Positions 48,721 to 58,389 of a DNA stretch of 61,812 bases are shown piece by piece. The notes under the pieces are model-generated. The model was not told the DNA's origin, did not search any database, and worked only from the letters and a program-made list of their open reading frames with translations. Numbering within the stretch: position 1 is the first letter of the stretch; each line of letters starts with the position of its first letter. The DNA lies in IMG/VR virus record IMGVR_UViG_3300035183_000056, positions 1 through 61,812 of that record, one strand, 5' to 3'. The stretch is from a virus (Duplodnaviria; Caudoviricetes). A program made the translations under genes and the position numbers.

Positions 48721-49602
48721 TACCTTTCATTACCAAATACCTGAATGTAAAACCCTGCCTTCGACAAGCTTGACGCTTGGCTTCATTCGAGGCAAAACCT
48801 GCCTTATAGGTGTAGGCGCTCTTCACCTCTATTATGAGGTTTAGGTGGGGTATGAAAATGTCCGGATAATAAACTCGGTTGCAGCCTTTGTACGAATAGC
48901 TGATTCGTGGTATATCTGCACCGCGTCCACATTCTATCTGAGACGGCTTGAACCTCCCATACTTTTGCAGGTAATCTAAAGCCTGTGGCTCGAAGCCTTG
49001 CACCATCACCGTGCGACCCCCCAACTTATAAGGCTTAAGGACTTCCATACTTGCTCGGCTCTTGTCGAACAGTTCCTTATTCTGGAGAGCATGATTTACT
49101 CCATACTTTTTCTCATGGTCTTGCGTATCTTTTGCTTAACCGTAGGTAGTTGGGTTGTCCATTCTACACCGTATTCCTTCAAATGCTTCTCCTTCCTCCT
49201 TTCCGTAGCGCAACCTGGACATCCTACACCCTTGGTAAGGTTGTTAGGGTAAGGTTCCCACTTATGGCCGCACCGCAAGCATTCTGCCCTTATAGGAGTG
49301 TTCATGCTCTTAAAAGGTTCGAGCAACTCAATTTGTCGGCTCTTCAGCCTCGCTCGTCTAATGAAGGCTTCGGTGCTTTGCCTGGTAGAGGCGGCGATTT
49401 TAGATGCCCTGGTGCACATACACCCATAACTGGATCGGATCCACGCCAGGTTTCGGAGTTCAGAGTTTCCGCAATCCAAAACACTTGACCAGGAAGACTT
49501 TTGGTTTCCAGCCAGTTTTCTCCGAAAAAACTTTCAGTATTTTGAAGGAGGGTCGGCTTTTCATCCCCCCATCGCTAGATGTTTCATTTTACCAATGTCC
49601 AT
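48695..49602 (-). pseudogene. free-standing Zn-ribbon / PD-(D/E)xK endonuclease, three homopolymer frameshifts
   Basis: KCLDCG, CLRCGHKW...GCPGC, [KE]YGV repeats, YYPDIF...IIEVKS; breaks at G6 (49565-70), T4 (49478-81) and A5 (49107-11). Confidence 0.75.
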
Positions 49603-49654
49603 AAATCACCTCAGAAGTGCAGACATCAACAAATTACTATTGTCCTGCGTCCTG

Positions 49655-49936
49655 TTATAAGGTAACTACGTAGTCCTCCTCAGTGAGGTCTTTGATTCGT
49701 TTCCATACGATAGACTCACCATCAGGCCCCAGGCAATGAACAAGGTGATCATCAGTACCTGTTATGGAAGAGCCATTAGACAGAGTAGCCTCTTTGCACT
49801 CTTTGAAGCCATTATCGTAGACCTCAAGAACTTTCTCTTGTCCTTCAATCGTCTTTACCTCGTCCCCAACTTGAATTCCCTGAATGACCTTTGTGGATCC
49901 GTCAGCCAAAGCGATAAGAGTGTCCTCGGCTATGCA
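49655..49936 (-). mobile_element. split intein, N-fragment (blocks A/B), 93 aa
   Basis: CIAEDTLIALADG (block A), GTDDH (TxxH), WKRIKDL...DYV, then stop. Confidence 0.92.
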
Positions 49937-50797
49937 AAACCAAGGGCTATCTGCTATGTTACCGTAGAATGGATCCCATAAATTGTCTTTTGCTTGCTGA
50001 AAAGTCAGGGCTACAAAAGTACCATGCAACATAGTCGAAGCTTTGAGGTCATAAACCTTGTTAGGGTTTTGAAGCATCAACACTCTATGGGTTAGATAGG
50101 ACGCCTGGTCAGCCACTAAAGCGGATTTCCCACTACGTTGACCAGCGGAAATAGCTTCTTCCTGGTAAGGTTTCAATAAGCCTTTAGCTACAAGCTTGGA
50201 CTTAGTCGCTTTGCAGTGAGGACAAACACCATTCTCCAATAAAGCTACTTTACGCTCCAACTTGGCTAGAGAGTCGTCTACTTTATGGTCGTGAATAACC
50301 CATTGAACATCTGAGCAACGCGGGCACCACTCTGCAAATACCTGAATACCTATTAGAGCCTGCATCAAGTAAGGCTTGGTATTGAGGAATTTGTCAGAAA
50401 TACAGAACTGGTAGAAGTTGGGTGCTTTAGGGAAGTCTCGATCATTGACCGTTAAGTCGGGAGCTACGACGCCAGAGGCTTTAATAGCCGACTTAACATC
50501 CTTGTAGATGTTAAAGTCAGCTTCGTTAACGGGTACATAGATGTCCCCCTTCTTTTCAAAAGACCCTTTCAGAAAGTTGAAAGCTTCTAGGTCGCTCTTA
50601 GTTGGACGATCTTGAATAGCTTTTCCTGACTTCGGCACTTTCTTCTTTTTAAGATCTGCTTGGACCTCATCTTGGTGAGACCTGTAACCCTTACAGACGT
50701 AAAGACTCGACTTTTTGGTATCATCGCAAGACCAATACCTGGTACAGGACATGCAGTTCTTCAACGAAGATCGGCTACTGCCTAGTATATCAAACAT
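49655..50797 (-). CDS. terL: terminase large subunit, N-terminal half, fused to split-intein N-part
   Basis: PY.MQ adenine-binding motif, Walker A GQRSGKS, VALT.QQA. Confidence 0.9.
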   Translation of the reverse strand: MFDILGSSRSSLKNCMSCTRYWSCDDTKKSSLYVCKGYRSHQDEVQADLKKKKVPKSGKAIQDRPTKSDLEAFNFLKGSFEKKGDIYVPVNEADFNIYKDVKSAIKASGVVAPDLTVNDRDFPKAPNFYQFCISDKFLNTKPYLMQALIGIQVFAEWCPRCSDVQWVIHDHKVDDSLAKLERKVALLENGVCPHCKATKSKLVAKGLLKPYQEEAISAGQRSGKSALVADQASYLTHRVLMLQNPNKVYDLKASTMLHGTFVALTFQQAKDNLWDPFYGNIADSPWFCIAEDTLIALADGSTKVIQGIQVGDEVKTIEGQEKVLEVYDNGFKECKEATLSNGSSITGTDDHLVHCLGPDGESIVWKRIKDLTEEDYVVTL

Positions 50798-50808
50798 GGT
50801 GTAAACCT

Positions 50809-51771
50809 CTATTCATGTCTGGATCGTTTTACTCCTGGCCCGACAGATGGCTTCTTAGGTCCACCTTTTGGCTTACCGTCTGATCCTTTTTGAGCCTCTT
50901 GTCTTTGCTGGTAACTTGAAGCCCCGTGCTCTTTAGCTCTATCAGACCTACGGACTACGTAAGCCTCAATTTCCTTGATGTACTTCCTGTGGGCATCCGT
51001 CTTGTCGGACTTCTCCAAGGCCCTGATAGAATAGTCAGCCATTTTGTCAATCATTGCCTTCATGTACAAAGCTTTGTACTGTTTAGGCAACTTAAGTCTG
51101 CGTAAGAAGAAGTACATGACGTCCAACCGCGTCATCTCCTTCACCACGTCAAGCACCCCCTTGTCCATTTCTACGTCCATTTTTAGGCCATCTGCCATGG
51201 CAGCCTGGACATAAGAACTAGCAGCTTCGTAGGACATGATAGAGGGGGCTAACCCCCTAAGGATTAAATTGCTTAGCTTGCGTGTAGTATCATCCGTTTG
51301 GTCTATCACAGCCTTTAAGAGCGTATCTGGAACTGTGACGGCATTAGCTACCGGCACCTTAGCCACTTCTGCTGGTGGCTCCTCATAGTTTATGCTGAAA
51401 TCCGGCAAGACACGGGACCTAAGTTTAGACTTGGACACCCTAGCTTTCTTGGCCTTGACCTTAGATTGTTGCGGTCTAGCCCTAGAGTCTTTGGAGTATA
51501 CAGCGTGGTCTTTCTGGTCCTTGTGTCCTTTATTGGACTTAGACTTGGATGGTTTCTCAGACCGATCTTTAGCTTTGTCTTTTGAGGTCTTAGAACCCTT
51601 CTTACGGTGTGTCCCTTTGGCAGCGGCGGCGGCAATAGCCGTACTAATATCATCCGCCTCAGACATACCCTTTATCATGTCGTCATAGTCCGCATCGGTT
51701 AGGCCGAGAATCCCCTCCGGGACTTCTTCTGAATAACCGGGCGGGTATTTCTTTTTAGGCTTCTTAATCAT
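50809..51771 (-). CDS. Lys-rich hypothetical protein (terminase small subunit candidate by position)
   Basis: Directly upstream of terL; no diagnostic motif. Confidence 0.5.
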   Translation of the reverse strand: MIKKPKKKYPPGYSEEVPEGILGLTDADYDDMIKGMSEADDISTAIAAAAAKGTHRKKGSKTSKDKAKDRSEKPSKSKSNKGHKDQKDHAVYSKDSRARPQQSKVKAKKARVSKSKLRSRVLPDFSINYEEPPAEVAKVPVANAVTVPDTLLKAVIDQTDDTTRKLSNLILRGLAPSIMSYEAASSYVQAAMADGLKMDVEMDKGVLDVVKEMTRLDVMYFFLRRLKLPKQYKALYMKAMIDKMADYSIRALEKSDKTDAHRKYIKEIEAYVVRRSDRAKEHGASSYQQRQEAQKGSDGKPKGGPKKPSVGPGVKRSRHE

Positions 51772-52348
51772 CTAAGTATCTCCTAACTCTGCGTGTATTG
51801 CGGTCATATATGCCAGCCCTACAGGCCATCCTAACGACCAAGTCTTTTTTGACTACCCCTTTCATAGGTCTCCACTTAGCCTTTAAGGCTACGTACAAGT
51901 AACCAGTCTTAGGGCTTAATACCATAACTCCTATCCCTGTTCCAGCCAAGTCTGATTGTAACGTAGGCCGTAGTTTTTCCCAGGTAGGGTGGCTCACTAC
52001 AAAGTACATTCTATTGCAGTAGTCCACATAGGAATTCCATTTCTTATCTGCAAGATAATCTGCTGGACTGCTCTTTATTTCCAATAGTACAATCTCGGAC
52101 CGCAGATTTAAGGCTAAAGCGTCAGCCCTTAACCTACCCCAGGCTATCAACCCCAGTTCCAGGTGTACAGAGTACCGTTTGTGTCGCCAGAAGGAAATGA
52201 CGGCTTCTTTTAGGGTTTGCGTTACGTCCTTGCGATTTTGTTTTTGAGTATCCTTCTGCTGTTGCTGTTGCTCAGCCTGTCCAAGCTGTTTAGCCTTCCC
52301 TGGCTTATTTCGCTTGCGCTTTGACTTAGTTACCGTATTGGTCATCAC
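51764..52348 (-). CDS. MmcB-like PD-(D/E)xK nuclease
   Basis: RAD..AL....I..EIKSS.AD...D.KW..Y..YC...YF.V. Confidence 0.8.
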   Translation of the reverse strand: MMTNTVTKSKRKRNKPGKAKQLGQAEQQQQQKDTQKQNRKDVTQTLKEAVISFWRHKRYSVHLELGLIAWGRLRADALALNLRSEIVLLEIKSSPADYLADKKWNSYVDYCNRMYFVVSHPTWEKLRPTLQSDLAGTGIGVMVLSPKTGYLYVALKAKWRPMKGVVKKDLVVRMACRAGIYDRNTRRVRRYLDD

Positions 52349-53589
52349 AAATTCTCCAATGGGGTATGATACCCAGGTATAAGGGGTTTATACGTTCTAT
52401 GGGCATAGATATTGGTCTGGTCTTCTGGGTTTTCCACAAACAAGTCTGAAAAACCCCGGTCATCCCACACCCAGTCGTTCAAACCAAGGTCCATAAATCG
52501 TGCATGAATTTTGGCATCATAGGCCCATCGTAAGTAACGAACGTGCCGCTGAATGTCTTGGTTTCTAAGGCGCTGGGTGTTCTGACCGTCATGGTACTGG
52601 ACATAACCAAAATGATCTACGTGCACCATGGTTGTAGCTAAGAAGGATCTTACCATTAGATCAAAGTCATCTGCCACGTGTAACTGTCTGTTATGGCCGC
52701 CTATGGCGAAATAATGATCCCGAGACCAAGCCCTCGCATGATTAGGGGCTGCAACTAAATGCCGAATAGTCTTGGCGTTTATACCAGGTGCGTTGACTAC
52801 TTGATAAAGTTGACCTTTGTGTGACTCCAGTCTATAGCTACCAAACCCGAAGCCCCACCCCTCACCGTACATCAATGGATTAAGGCACGTGTCTACTTCG
52901 GAGAAGTCAGTATAAAAGAAACCGCAGTCCTTGTTAGCACTATAGGCCAACACTAGAGCTTCCAAACAATGGTCGGTAAGAGCATCATCGTGGTCAAGCT
53001 CAACCAGTAGTTCACCGTTCGTCAAGGCAAATCCCCTGTACTTCACGTCGCCTATCACGCCAGAGTGAGGAGCACTGTAGACCTTAATCCTGTGGTCCCT
53101 ACATGCAAGGGCTTCCAAATCTCGTAGAGTTAGCCCACCGTTGTCACTGTCATCAATTAGTATCCATTCCCAGTTACTGTAGCTCTGGTTCATCAAAGAA
53201 TTGAATGCTCTATTGATGCGTGGACCAGTTCTATAGGTGGGTGTTACCACAGACACAAGCGGCACTTCAAACCTGGTACGTCGTGTCAATGCCATAATGT
53301 AGCAGTTGAAAGCTGTGGCACCCACTTCATCCCAAGATGTGTCGTTGGAAAAATGAATCCACTTCCTACGCACTTCAAAGGGAGCACCATTCAATCGGGT
53401 AAAGTCCGCTAGGTTTCCCACCGAAACTATGATGTCTGGACAGTCTCGTTGTAGGATTACGTTAAGGTCTACATCATTGGAATAACATTTGGTTACCATC
53501 ACCGCTGTTTCTTCACTTGGCGGGTTTGGTTGAGACTTTAAGTCCACTTGATCGGATACACCGAATAAACAAACCACTGGCTTTTCCAT
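52345..53589 (-). CDS. family 2 glycosyltransferase
   Basis: VSVVTPTY, WEWILIDDS, ELDHDD (DxD) and ADDFDL motifs. Confidence 0.9.
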   Translation of the reverse strand: MEKPVVCLFGVSDQVDLKSQPNPPSEETAVMVTKCYSNDVDLNVILQRDCPDIIVSVGNLADFTRLNGAPFEVRRKWIHFSNDTSWDEVGATAFNCYIMALTRRTRFEVPLVSVVTPTYRTGPRINRAFNSLMNQSYSNWEWILIDDSDNGGLTLRDLEALACRDHRIKVYSAPHSGVIGDVKYRGFALTNGELLVELDHDDALTDHCLEALVLAYSANKDCGFFYTDFSEVDTCLNPLMYGEGWGFGFGSYRLESHKGQLYQVVNAPGINAKTIRHLVAAPNHARAWSRDHYFAIGGHNRQLHVADDFDLMVRSFLATTMVHVDHFGYVQYHDGQNTQRLRNQDIQRHVRYLRWAYDAKIHARFMDLGLNDWVWDDRGFSDLFVENPEDQTNIYAHRTYKPLIPGYHTPLENL

Positions 53590-53623
53590 TTTATTTCTCC
53601 TAGATTTATACCGAGGCTAAAGG

Positions 53624-54052
53624 TTAGGCATCCAAGGTGACGATACGGTCATTCTTCCCACAATTGGGACAGAACTTAGTCGTTACAGAGCTAGTAGACC
53701 CTATAATAGGGACTCCATAGAAATTACCAAACGTCCCACAGTGACCATAGTGACTAATACCTGACATACCAGCACTGCGGGTCAGCTTGACCACTGGTTT
53801 GTCGTCAAAGTAGGTTTCTATGGCAAATAATCGCTCCCCGTTAACCACGAAGCGTGTCCAAAAGGGATTGATGTAGGGCATCGCTGGCCAAGGAGCCACT
53901 TGGTACCAAGTACCACCAGTGTGCTTACGATACCACTCTTTATCAGCAAGGAAGTAGTTGGCTTCTTGTACACACATAGCTTTAATACTAGTCCACACTA
54001 AAATAGCCTGTGACTTAAGCCAGGTCGCCGCTTTGTATTTCAGACTGTTCAT
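53624..54052 (-). CDS. hypothetical protein
   Basis: 142 aa; GAGGA RBS; C-terminal CPNC. Confidence 0.65.
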   Translation of the reverse strand: MNSLKYKAATWLKSQAILVWTSIKAMCVQEANYFLADKEWYRKHTGGTWYQVAPWPAMPYINPFWTRFVVNGERLFAIETYFDDKPVVKLTRSAGMSGISHYGHCGTFGNFYGVPIIGSTSSVTTKFCPNCGKNDRIVTLDA

Positions 54053-54179
54053 ACAATCCTCGTTTAGAAGTTACGGTTAGGTGACGTTGGCGCAGATCAA
54101 ATACACGTGGAGTTAGATCATGCGCTGAACAGATATATTTACATTATAGGAGGTGTGAGTCCTGGGAGCCGCCCACGGA

Positions 54180-54203
54180 AAACCCCGCTAAAGCGCGGGG
54201 TTT
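54180..54203. terminator. intrinsic terminator
   Basis: AAACCCCGC-taaagc-GCGGGGTTT. Confidence 0.7.
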
Positions 54204-54223
54204 GGAATATTAGCTAATTATCC

Positions 54224-54556
54224 TTAGTGGGATTTTAGCCCTTGATGTGTGGAACTGGTTACCTGGTGTGCTGTTAAACTTGGGTTAGTCAAGCCTCGGG
54301 CAACCAGTTCTTGGCTAAAGATAACTACTGCGGCAAAACAAGACTGATGCCATTCAGAGTTGGGATCTTCCAGTGCAGCTTGTTCCAAGTCGTGGTAAGC
54401 AACCGTGTGAAGCTTAATAAGCTCGTCATTGGTCATAGAGTGAACATAAGCCATTACTTGGTCTGGCTGAAGGGCTTCACAGTCAATCTGATCTGGCATC
54501 GCCGTTGCATCATCGGGCGACAATTGTGAATCCAACGAGTTTTTAGGTAAAGTCAT
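54224..54556 (-). CDS. hypothetical protein
   Basis: 110 aa; ATGA coupling to the methyltransferase. Confidence 0.6.
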   Translation of the reverse strand: MTLPKNSLDSQLSPDDATAMPDQIDCEALQPDQVMAYVHSMTNDELIKLHTVAYHDLEQAALEDPNSEWHQSCFAAVVIFSQELVARGLTNPSLTAHQVTSSTHQGLKSH

Positions 54557-55212
54557 ACTCTTGCTCCAATGTAACGGTCTATAAAGTCCTTGGGGGATAT
54601 AAGGCCCAACCAGTGATTACGGTTTATGTCAAAGGTCTCGTAAGTCACTTGGTCTGGCAACTGCAAGGAGCTTTCCCATGGCCTAGGGGTTATGTCTTGA
54701 TCTTTAGCCTTTTCGATTAGGCCACACCCCCAGTCTGTATCAACCACTTGCATGGCCAAAAATGGTCGGCTAGACCTTAAATTTACAAAAGATCTCCATA
54801 CTTCCCCATTCCACAACCTAAAGTTAGATCCTTTAGCCTCTTCGTAAGGCCGCTGATGCCATTTGGTCGGCGGATTACAGTCGTGAACCACTACAATACC
54901 ATTATCCGATAGATGATTCACGGCATTAACCATATCTTTTCCAGACTGATCTTCGGTATGCAAACCATCTACGAATATAATGTCGTATTTGTAATCTGGA
55001 TCGAGCATGTGGAAAAACTCGTCCGATGATATCTTGAATGTAGCCACCGGGCTATTGGGGTCCACTCCATGCTTCGTCTGACACTGAACGGCATTCCAGT
55101 TCTCACCAGCTTCTACACCTATTTCCAAGTACCTGGTGTAGCCCCGCCTTACTATCAGGAGATTTATGATGTCCGTCCGTGTCAAGTTGTTGATGTTTAT
55201 TGAAGTAACCAT
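54553..55212 (-). CDS. class I SAM-dependent methyltransferase (Methyltransf_24-like)
   Basis: YLEIGV, GVDP, DIIFVDGLH, GIVVVHDC and G.VWR motifs. Confidence 0.85.
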   Translation of the reverse strand: MVTSININNLTRTDIINLLIVRRGYTRYLEIGVEAGENWNAVQCQTKHGVDPNSPVATFKISSDEFFHMLDPDYKYDIIFVDGLHTEDQSGKDMVNAVNHLSDNGIVVVHDCNPPTKWHQRPYEEAKGSNFRLWNGEVWRSFVNLRSSRPFLAMQVVDTDWGCGLIEKAKDQDITPRPWESSLQLPDQVTYETFDINRNHWLGLISPKDFIDRYIGARV

Positions 55213-55236
55213 GCAAACCCTCTTGCTTGAGAGAAG

Positions 55237-56685
55237 TTAAGAAACTTTAGTATCGGTGAAGTCATCCTCAGTTAGGACTGCATCTTCATCTAGCGGCGAT
55301 GATTTTCCTTTCTTAGAAAGCTTACCAGCATTGTGGTCACCTTTCTTTTTCTTAGAAGAGGTGTTAGCCTCTTGATCTGCATCCTCGTCGTCAGCAGCAG
55401 GGCAACCGGCATTATCAGGGTTACCGAACCGCATGAACTCGAACTCGTCTAGGAGCTCGATGTCATATTGCTTGCTATTACGGACCTTCATCTGCCGCAC
55501 ATTGATTATGCCAGCTTCTCTATCCTTAGGATCCGAGTAATTCCATTTCCAAGCAACGTCAGCATTTTCGATCATGCCCTTGGCATACCGCACGTCATCC
55601 GTTTTAGCATCCAACTGAGCTAGCAGCACAATCAAGGATTTAGTGTTGCGACTGTAGACCTTTGCAGTCCTAGATAGGTCTCGGAGGACTTTCCACTCAT
55701 CCTTAGAAGCTGTATCCTTCAACAAGGATACATAGTCCACGAACACAACCTTGTAGCCGTAAGGTCGGATGGACATGAATATATCATCCATAGACATTTC
55801 CCTAGTAGGGGAAGTAGTACCATGCCTACAGCCGTTCTTGTCACCGAATTCATAGAATTCTCTCATCACTTGTTTGACTTTTTTACGGTCCTCTTTCGAT
55901 AAGCAGCCTCTATGGAATTTCCAGTAGGGAATGCCAGTCAAGGATGACTCCAACCGGTGAACTTCTTGGATCTTATCCATTTCAAAGGAGAAGCTCACCA
56001 CGTCAATCTTGTTGAGCTTGTACATGTTAGCAGATAAGGTGTTACGCATAATAGACTTACCACCACCAGTCGTGGCGATTAGCATTACAACACCTTCTGT
56101 TGGGAAACCGCCAGTCTTTTCGTCGAACTCCTTGATGCCGGTAAGGTAAAGCCTTTGACCCTGGACGTTGAGGGATTCGTCCACCAGGTCCATAGCATTA
56201 CCCCCTTTACCAAAGACGTAAATCTTATCCTCCTCAATCTCACCAACTCGGGCTTCCGTGAGTTTGTCCGAAGACTTGTCCAACAGGTCGTCTATATCGA
56301 CTTTGTCCTTCTTCAAGGTGTCGATGACGTCCTTAGCCATCGAGTACAAGGATCTTGCCCGTCGGCACTCGTTGAGTCTGTTCAAGAGTGACAGGCAGTC
56401 TTCCTTATTGTCAATAGGCTTTTTTTTCTTATAGTTCGATAAGATGTCCCTAAATTCTTCTTCCAAAGCCAGGTCTTCTACTAACTCGGAATAGTTCATT
56501 ACAACGCCACGTTTCGCAGCAAGAGCCACTATGCGCTTGTAAGCAGCCTTGCAGGGCGCATAGTGAAAGTAAGACTCGTCCAATTTTGCCAGCAGGTAAG
56601 ATGAAACCTTAACCGCTCTTTTTGTGCCCCGCTGAGCTATGGACTTAATAGCTAGCAACTCAGAAGGAATTGAATAGAGTTTCAT
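55237..56685 (-). CDS. dnaB: DnaB-like (SF4) replicative helicase
   Basis: TG...FD..TGG, Walker A TGGGKS, FSFEM, VDY, LAQL and K.RN motifs. Confidence 0.9.
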   Translation of the reverse strand: MKLYSIPSELLAIKSIAQRGTKRAVKVSSYLLAKLDESYFHYAPCKAAYKRIVALAAKRGVVMNYSELVEDLALEEEFRDILSNYKKKKPIDNKEDCLSLLNRLNECRRARSLYSMAKDVIDTLKKDKVDIDDLLDKSSDKLTEARVGEIEEDKIYVFGKGGNAMDLVDESLNVQGQRLYLTGIKEFDEKTGGFPTEGVVMLIATTGGGKSIMRNTLSANMYKLNKIDVVSFSFEMDKIQEVHRLESSLTGIPYWKFHRGCLSKEDRKKVKQVMREFYEFGDKNGCRHGTTSPTREMSMDDIFMSIRPYGYKVVFVDYVSLLKDTASKDEWKVLRDLSRTAKVYSRNTKSLIVLLAQLDAKTDDVRYAKGMIENADVAWKWNYSDPKDREAGIINVRQMKVRNSKQYDIELLDEFEFMRFGNPDNAGCPAADDEDADQEANTSSKKKKGDHNAGKLSKKGKSSPLDEDAVLTEDDFTDTKVS

Positions 56686-57170
56686 GGCTCTCGTTTTACC
56701 ACAGGTGGTTCAAAAATACTCAGCTCAGGATGAGCTTCAACCAAGGAATTAAGCCAGCTTTCAAAGACTGGCGGTACAGTCCGTTTTACATTTAGGTAGG
56801 TCGTCGTCCCTCGCTCAAACTTAGAAAGGGGTGCAGCCAGCCAAGTGGCCAGCAAAGACGCAACAGCACCATTCACTTCGGTCGTAGTGAGAAGGAACTT
56901 CTTCCCTAATAAGAAATGAATCTGGTCAAGGGTTATTCGTTCATTCCTAGCTACGGTCGTATACACCATATACAAGATGGTTCTTTGTCGAGACTTGGAC
57001 TCCCCTATTAAGGACAAACTTAGGGCCTCCCTAAGGTCTGTATTAAGCTGCGCGTTTAGGCTGTTGCACTGCTGCTGGTTGTCGCCGGGGCTGCTTTGGC
57101 AATCCTGAGGCGTCTGCTGTTCCATTAGTGTGCAACACTGGCACTGTGCTTGGTTTTGCTTTCTTTCCAT
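56682..57170 (-). CDS. hypothetical protein, possible winged helix; start uncertain
   Basis: C-terminal part looks globular; N-terminal part overlaps the upstream ORF by about 130 nt. Confidence 0.5.
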   Translation of the reverse strand: MERKQNQAQCQCCTLMEQQTPQDCQSSPGDNQQQCNSLNAQLNTDLREALSLSLIGESKSRQRTILYMVYTTVARNERITLDQIHFLLGKKFLLTTTEVNGAVASLLATWLAAPLSKFERGTTTYLNVKRTVPPVFESWLNSLVEAHPELSIFEPPVVKREP

Positions 57171-58380
57171 GTGTTTTAACCGCTTTAGTTTTAGTTGGGA
57201 TCTTCACGACCTTGGCTTCTACAGGCTGATCTTGATGAGCGTTGGTCAACCCAGCGTTCGACTGATCTTTCGACTTAGCCATGCTGACCTTCCCATCAAT
57301 AGCTAACTTCTTACCAACCCGTGTCAGGAACAAGATGACTTTGCGTTCAGGTACCTTTAAGAATGTGCCTAGCAGCCTATTGAAGTCCTCAGGAGTAGTC
57401 CTTAATTGAAGGTCAACGTTGTCTTCCTTTTTCTTACAGAGTTTCCGTTCTTGCAACCACTCGGTGAATTCCGCATCCGGATTACCCATAAGAATAAGCA
57501 GGAATCGCACCTTCTTTTTCTCCACACAAGAACCTAGCACTTGTCTTACTGACAAGGCTAGGTCTCGTGCATCCGTCGAATCATCGAAGGCTGCAATTTC
57601 GTCATAAGAAAACTCGTCGTTGTTAGCCGTTAGGTGATTTTCAGACAAAATACCGAGCGTATGCGAGTCGATGAACCTACCACGCTTCTGGCAAGTCTCG
57701 GCATCAATCATGTTCAAGACATGGTTACGCGCTGTTTTCCGCAGACTGGACTTGAGGTGCTCAACGTTTTTGAGCGTAGGCATCGCTTTGTAGAATGTGA
57801 TTAGCAGTTTGACCATCACATCATTATAGGTGTCTGTAACATCCACATTGTGGTACTTGTGGATGAAGTACATCTTTTTCCCTACAAAGGACTTTACAAA
57901 GGGGAAAACGTCCTTGTAAATAGAATCGAAAAGGGACTGTATTCGAGGGACTGACAGAATCGACCTATCAGGTATCTGGTCAACCAAGTTACGTAAACGC
58001 TTACGGATCGGAGATTGCCGTTTATCCTTCCACAAGGATAAAATCCTCCTAGCATCTACTACGTAAACATTGAGTTCCTCAGCCAAGTCCTTGGCAAAAT
58101 CCTTGTTTACCGATCTAGCTGCTGCAAACCTCAACAGGTACAGCTTGAGATTCAACACGTTATAGCTCTTGCCTATAAGGCTTAGCCGAAACCGTTGTGC
58201 ACCTTGCTTGAGCTTAGCTCGTTTAACCACGGGTTTAAGGATCTCCTGAAATTGAAAGGCAGTGACACCACCAGTTAAGTAACTGAGGCTGTAATCAAAA
58301 GCTATGAAAAAGTCCTCGCTATCTAAGTCAACCTTAAAAAAGTCACATACTTGAGAGGCTAAGCTGGTACGAGGTATCAT
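57043..58380 (-). CDS. sigma-70-like transcription factor (region 2-like)
   Basis: D.YNDVMVKLL...Y and SLRKTARNHVLNMID resemble sigma region 2.2-2.4. Confidence 0.55.
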   Translation of the reverse strand: MIPRTSLASQVCDFFKVDLDSEDFFIAFDYSLSYLTGGVTAFQFQEILKPVVKRAKLKQGAQRFRLSLIGKSYNVLNLKLYLLRFAAARSVNKDFAKDLAEELNVYVVDARRILSLWKDKRQSPIRKRLRNLVDQIPDRSILSVPRIQSLFDSIYKDVFPFVKSFVGKKMYFIHKYHNVDVTDTYNDVMVKLLITFYKAMPTLKNVEHLKSSLRKTARNHVLNMIDAETCQKRGRFIDSHTLGILSENHLTANNDEFSYDEIAAFDDSTDARDLALSVRQVLGSCVEKKKVRFLLILMGNPDAEFTEWLQERKLCKKKEDNVDLQLRTTPEDFNRLLGTFLKVPERKVILFLTRVGKKLAIDGKVSMAKSKDQSNAGLTNAHQDQPVEAKVVKIPTKTKAVKTHGKKAKPSTVPVLHTNGTADASGLPKQPRRQPAAVQQPKRAA

Positions 58381-58389
58381 GGCTAGTCC

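Noticed and set aside
48559-49936. One contiguous intein with an internal endonuclease broken by errors
   Set aside because: IntN ends in a clean stop followed by a spacer, promoter-like motif and RBS, and the endonuclease ends in a different frame overlapping the IntC start
54053-54223. tRNA or ncRNA in the 170-bp gap
   Set aside because: No cloverleaf or T-loop found; only a terminator and a TATAAT without a convincing -35
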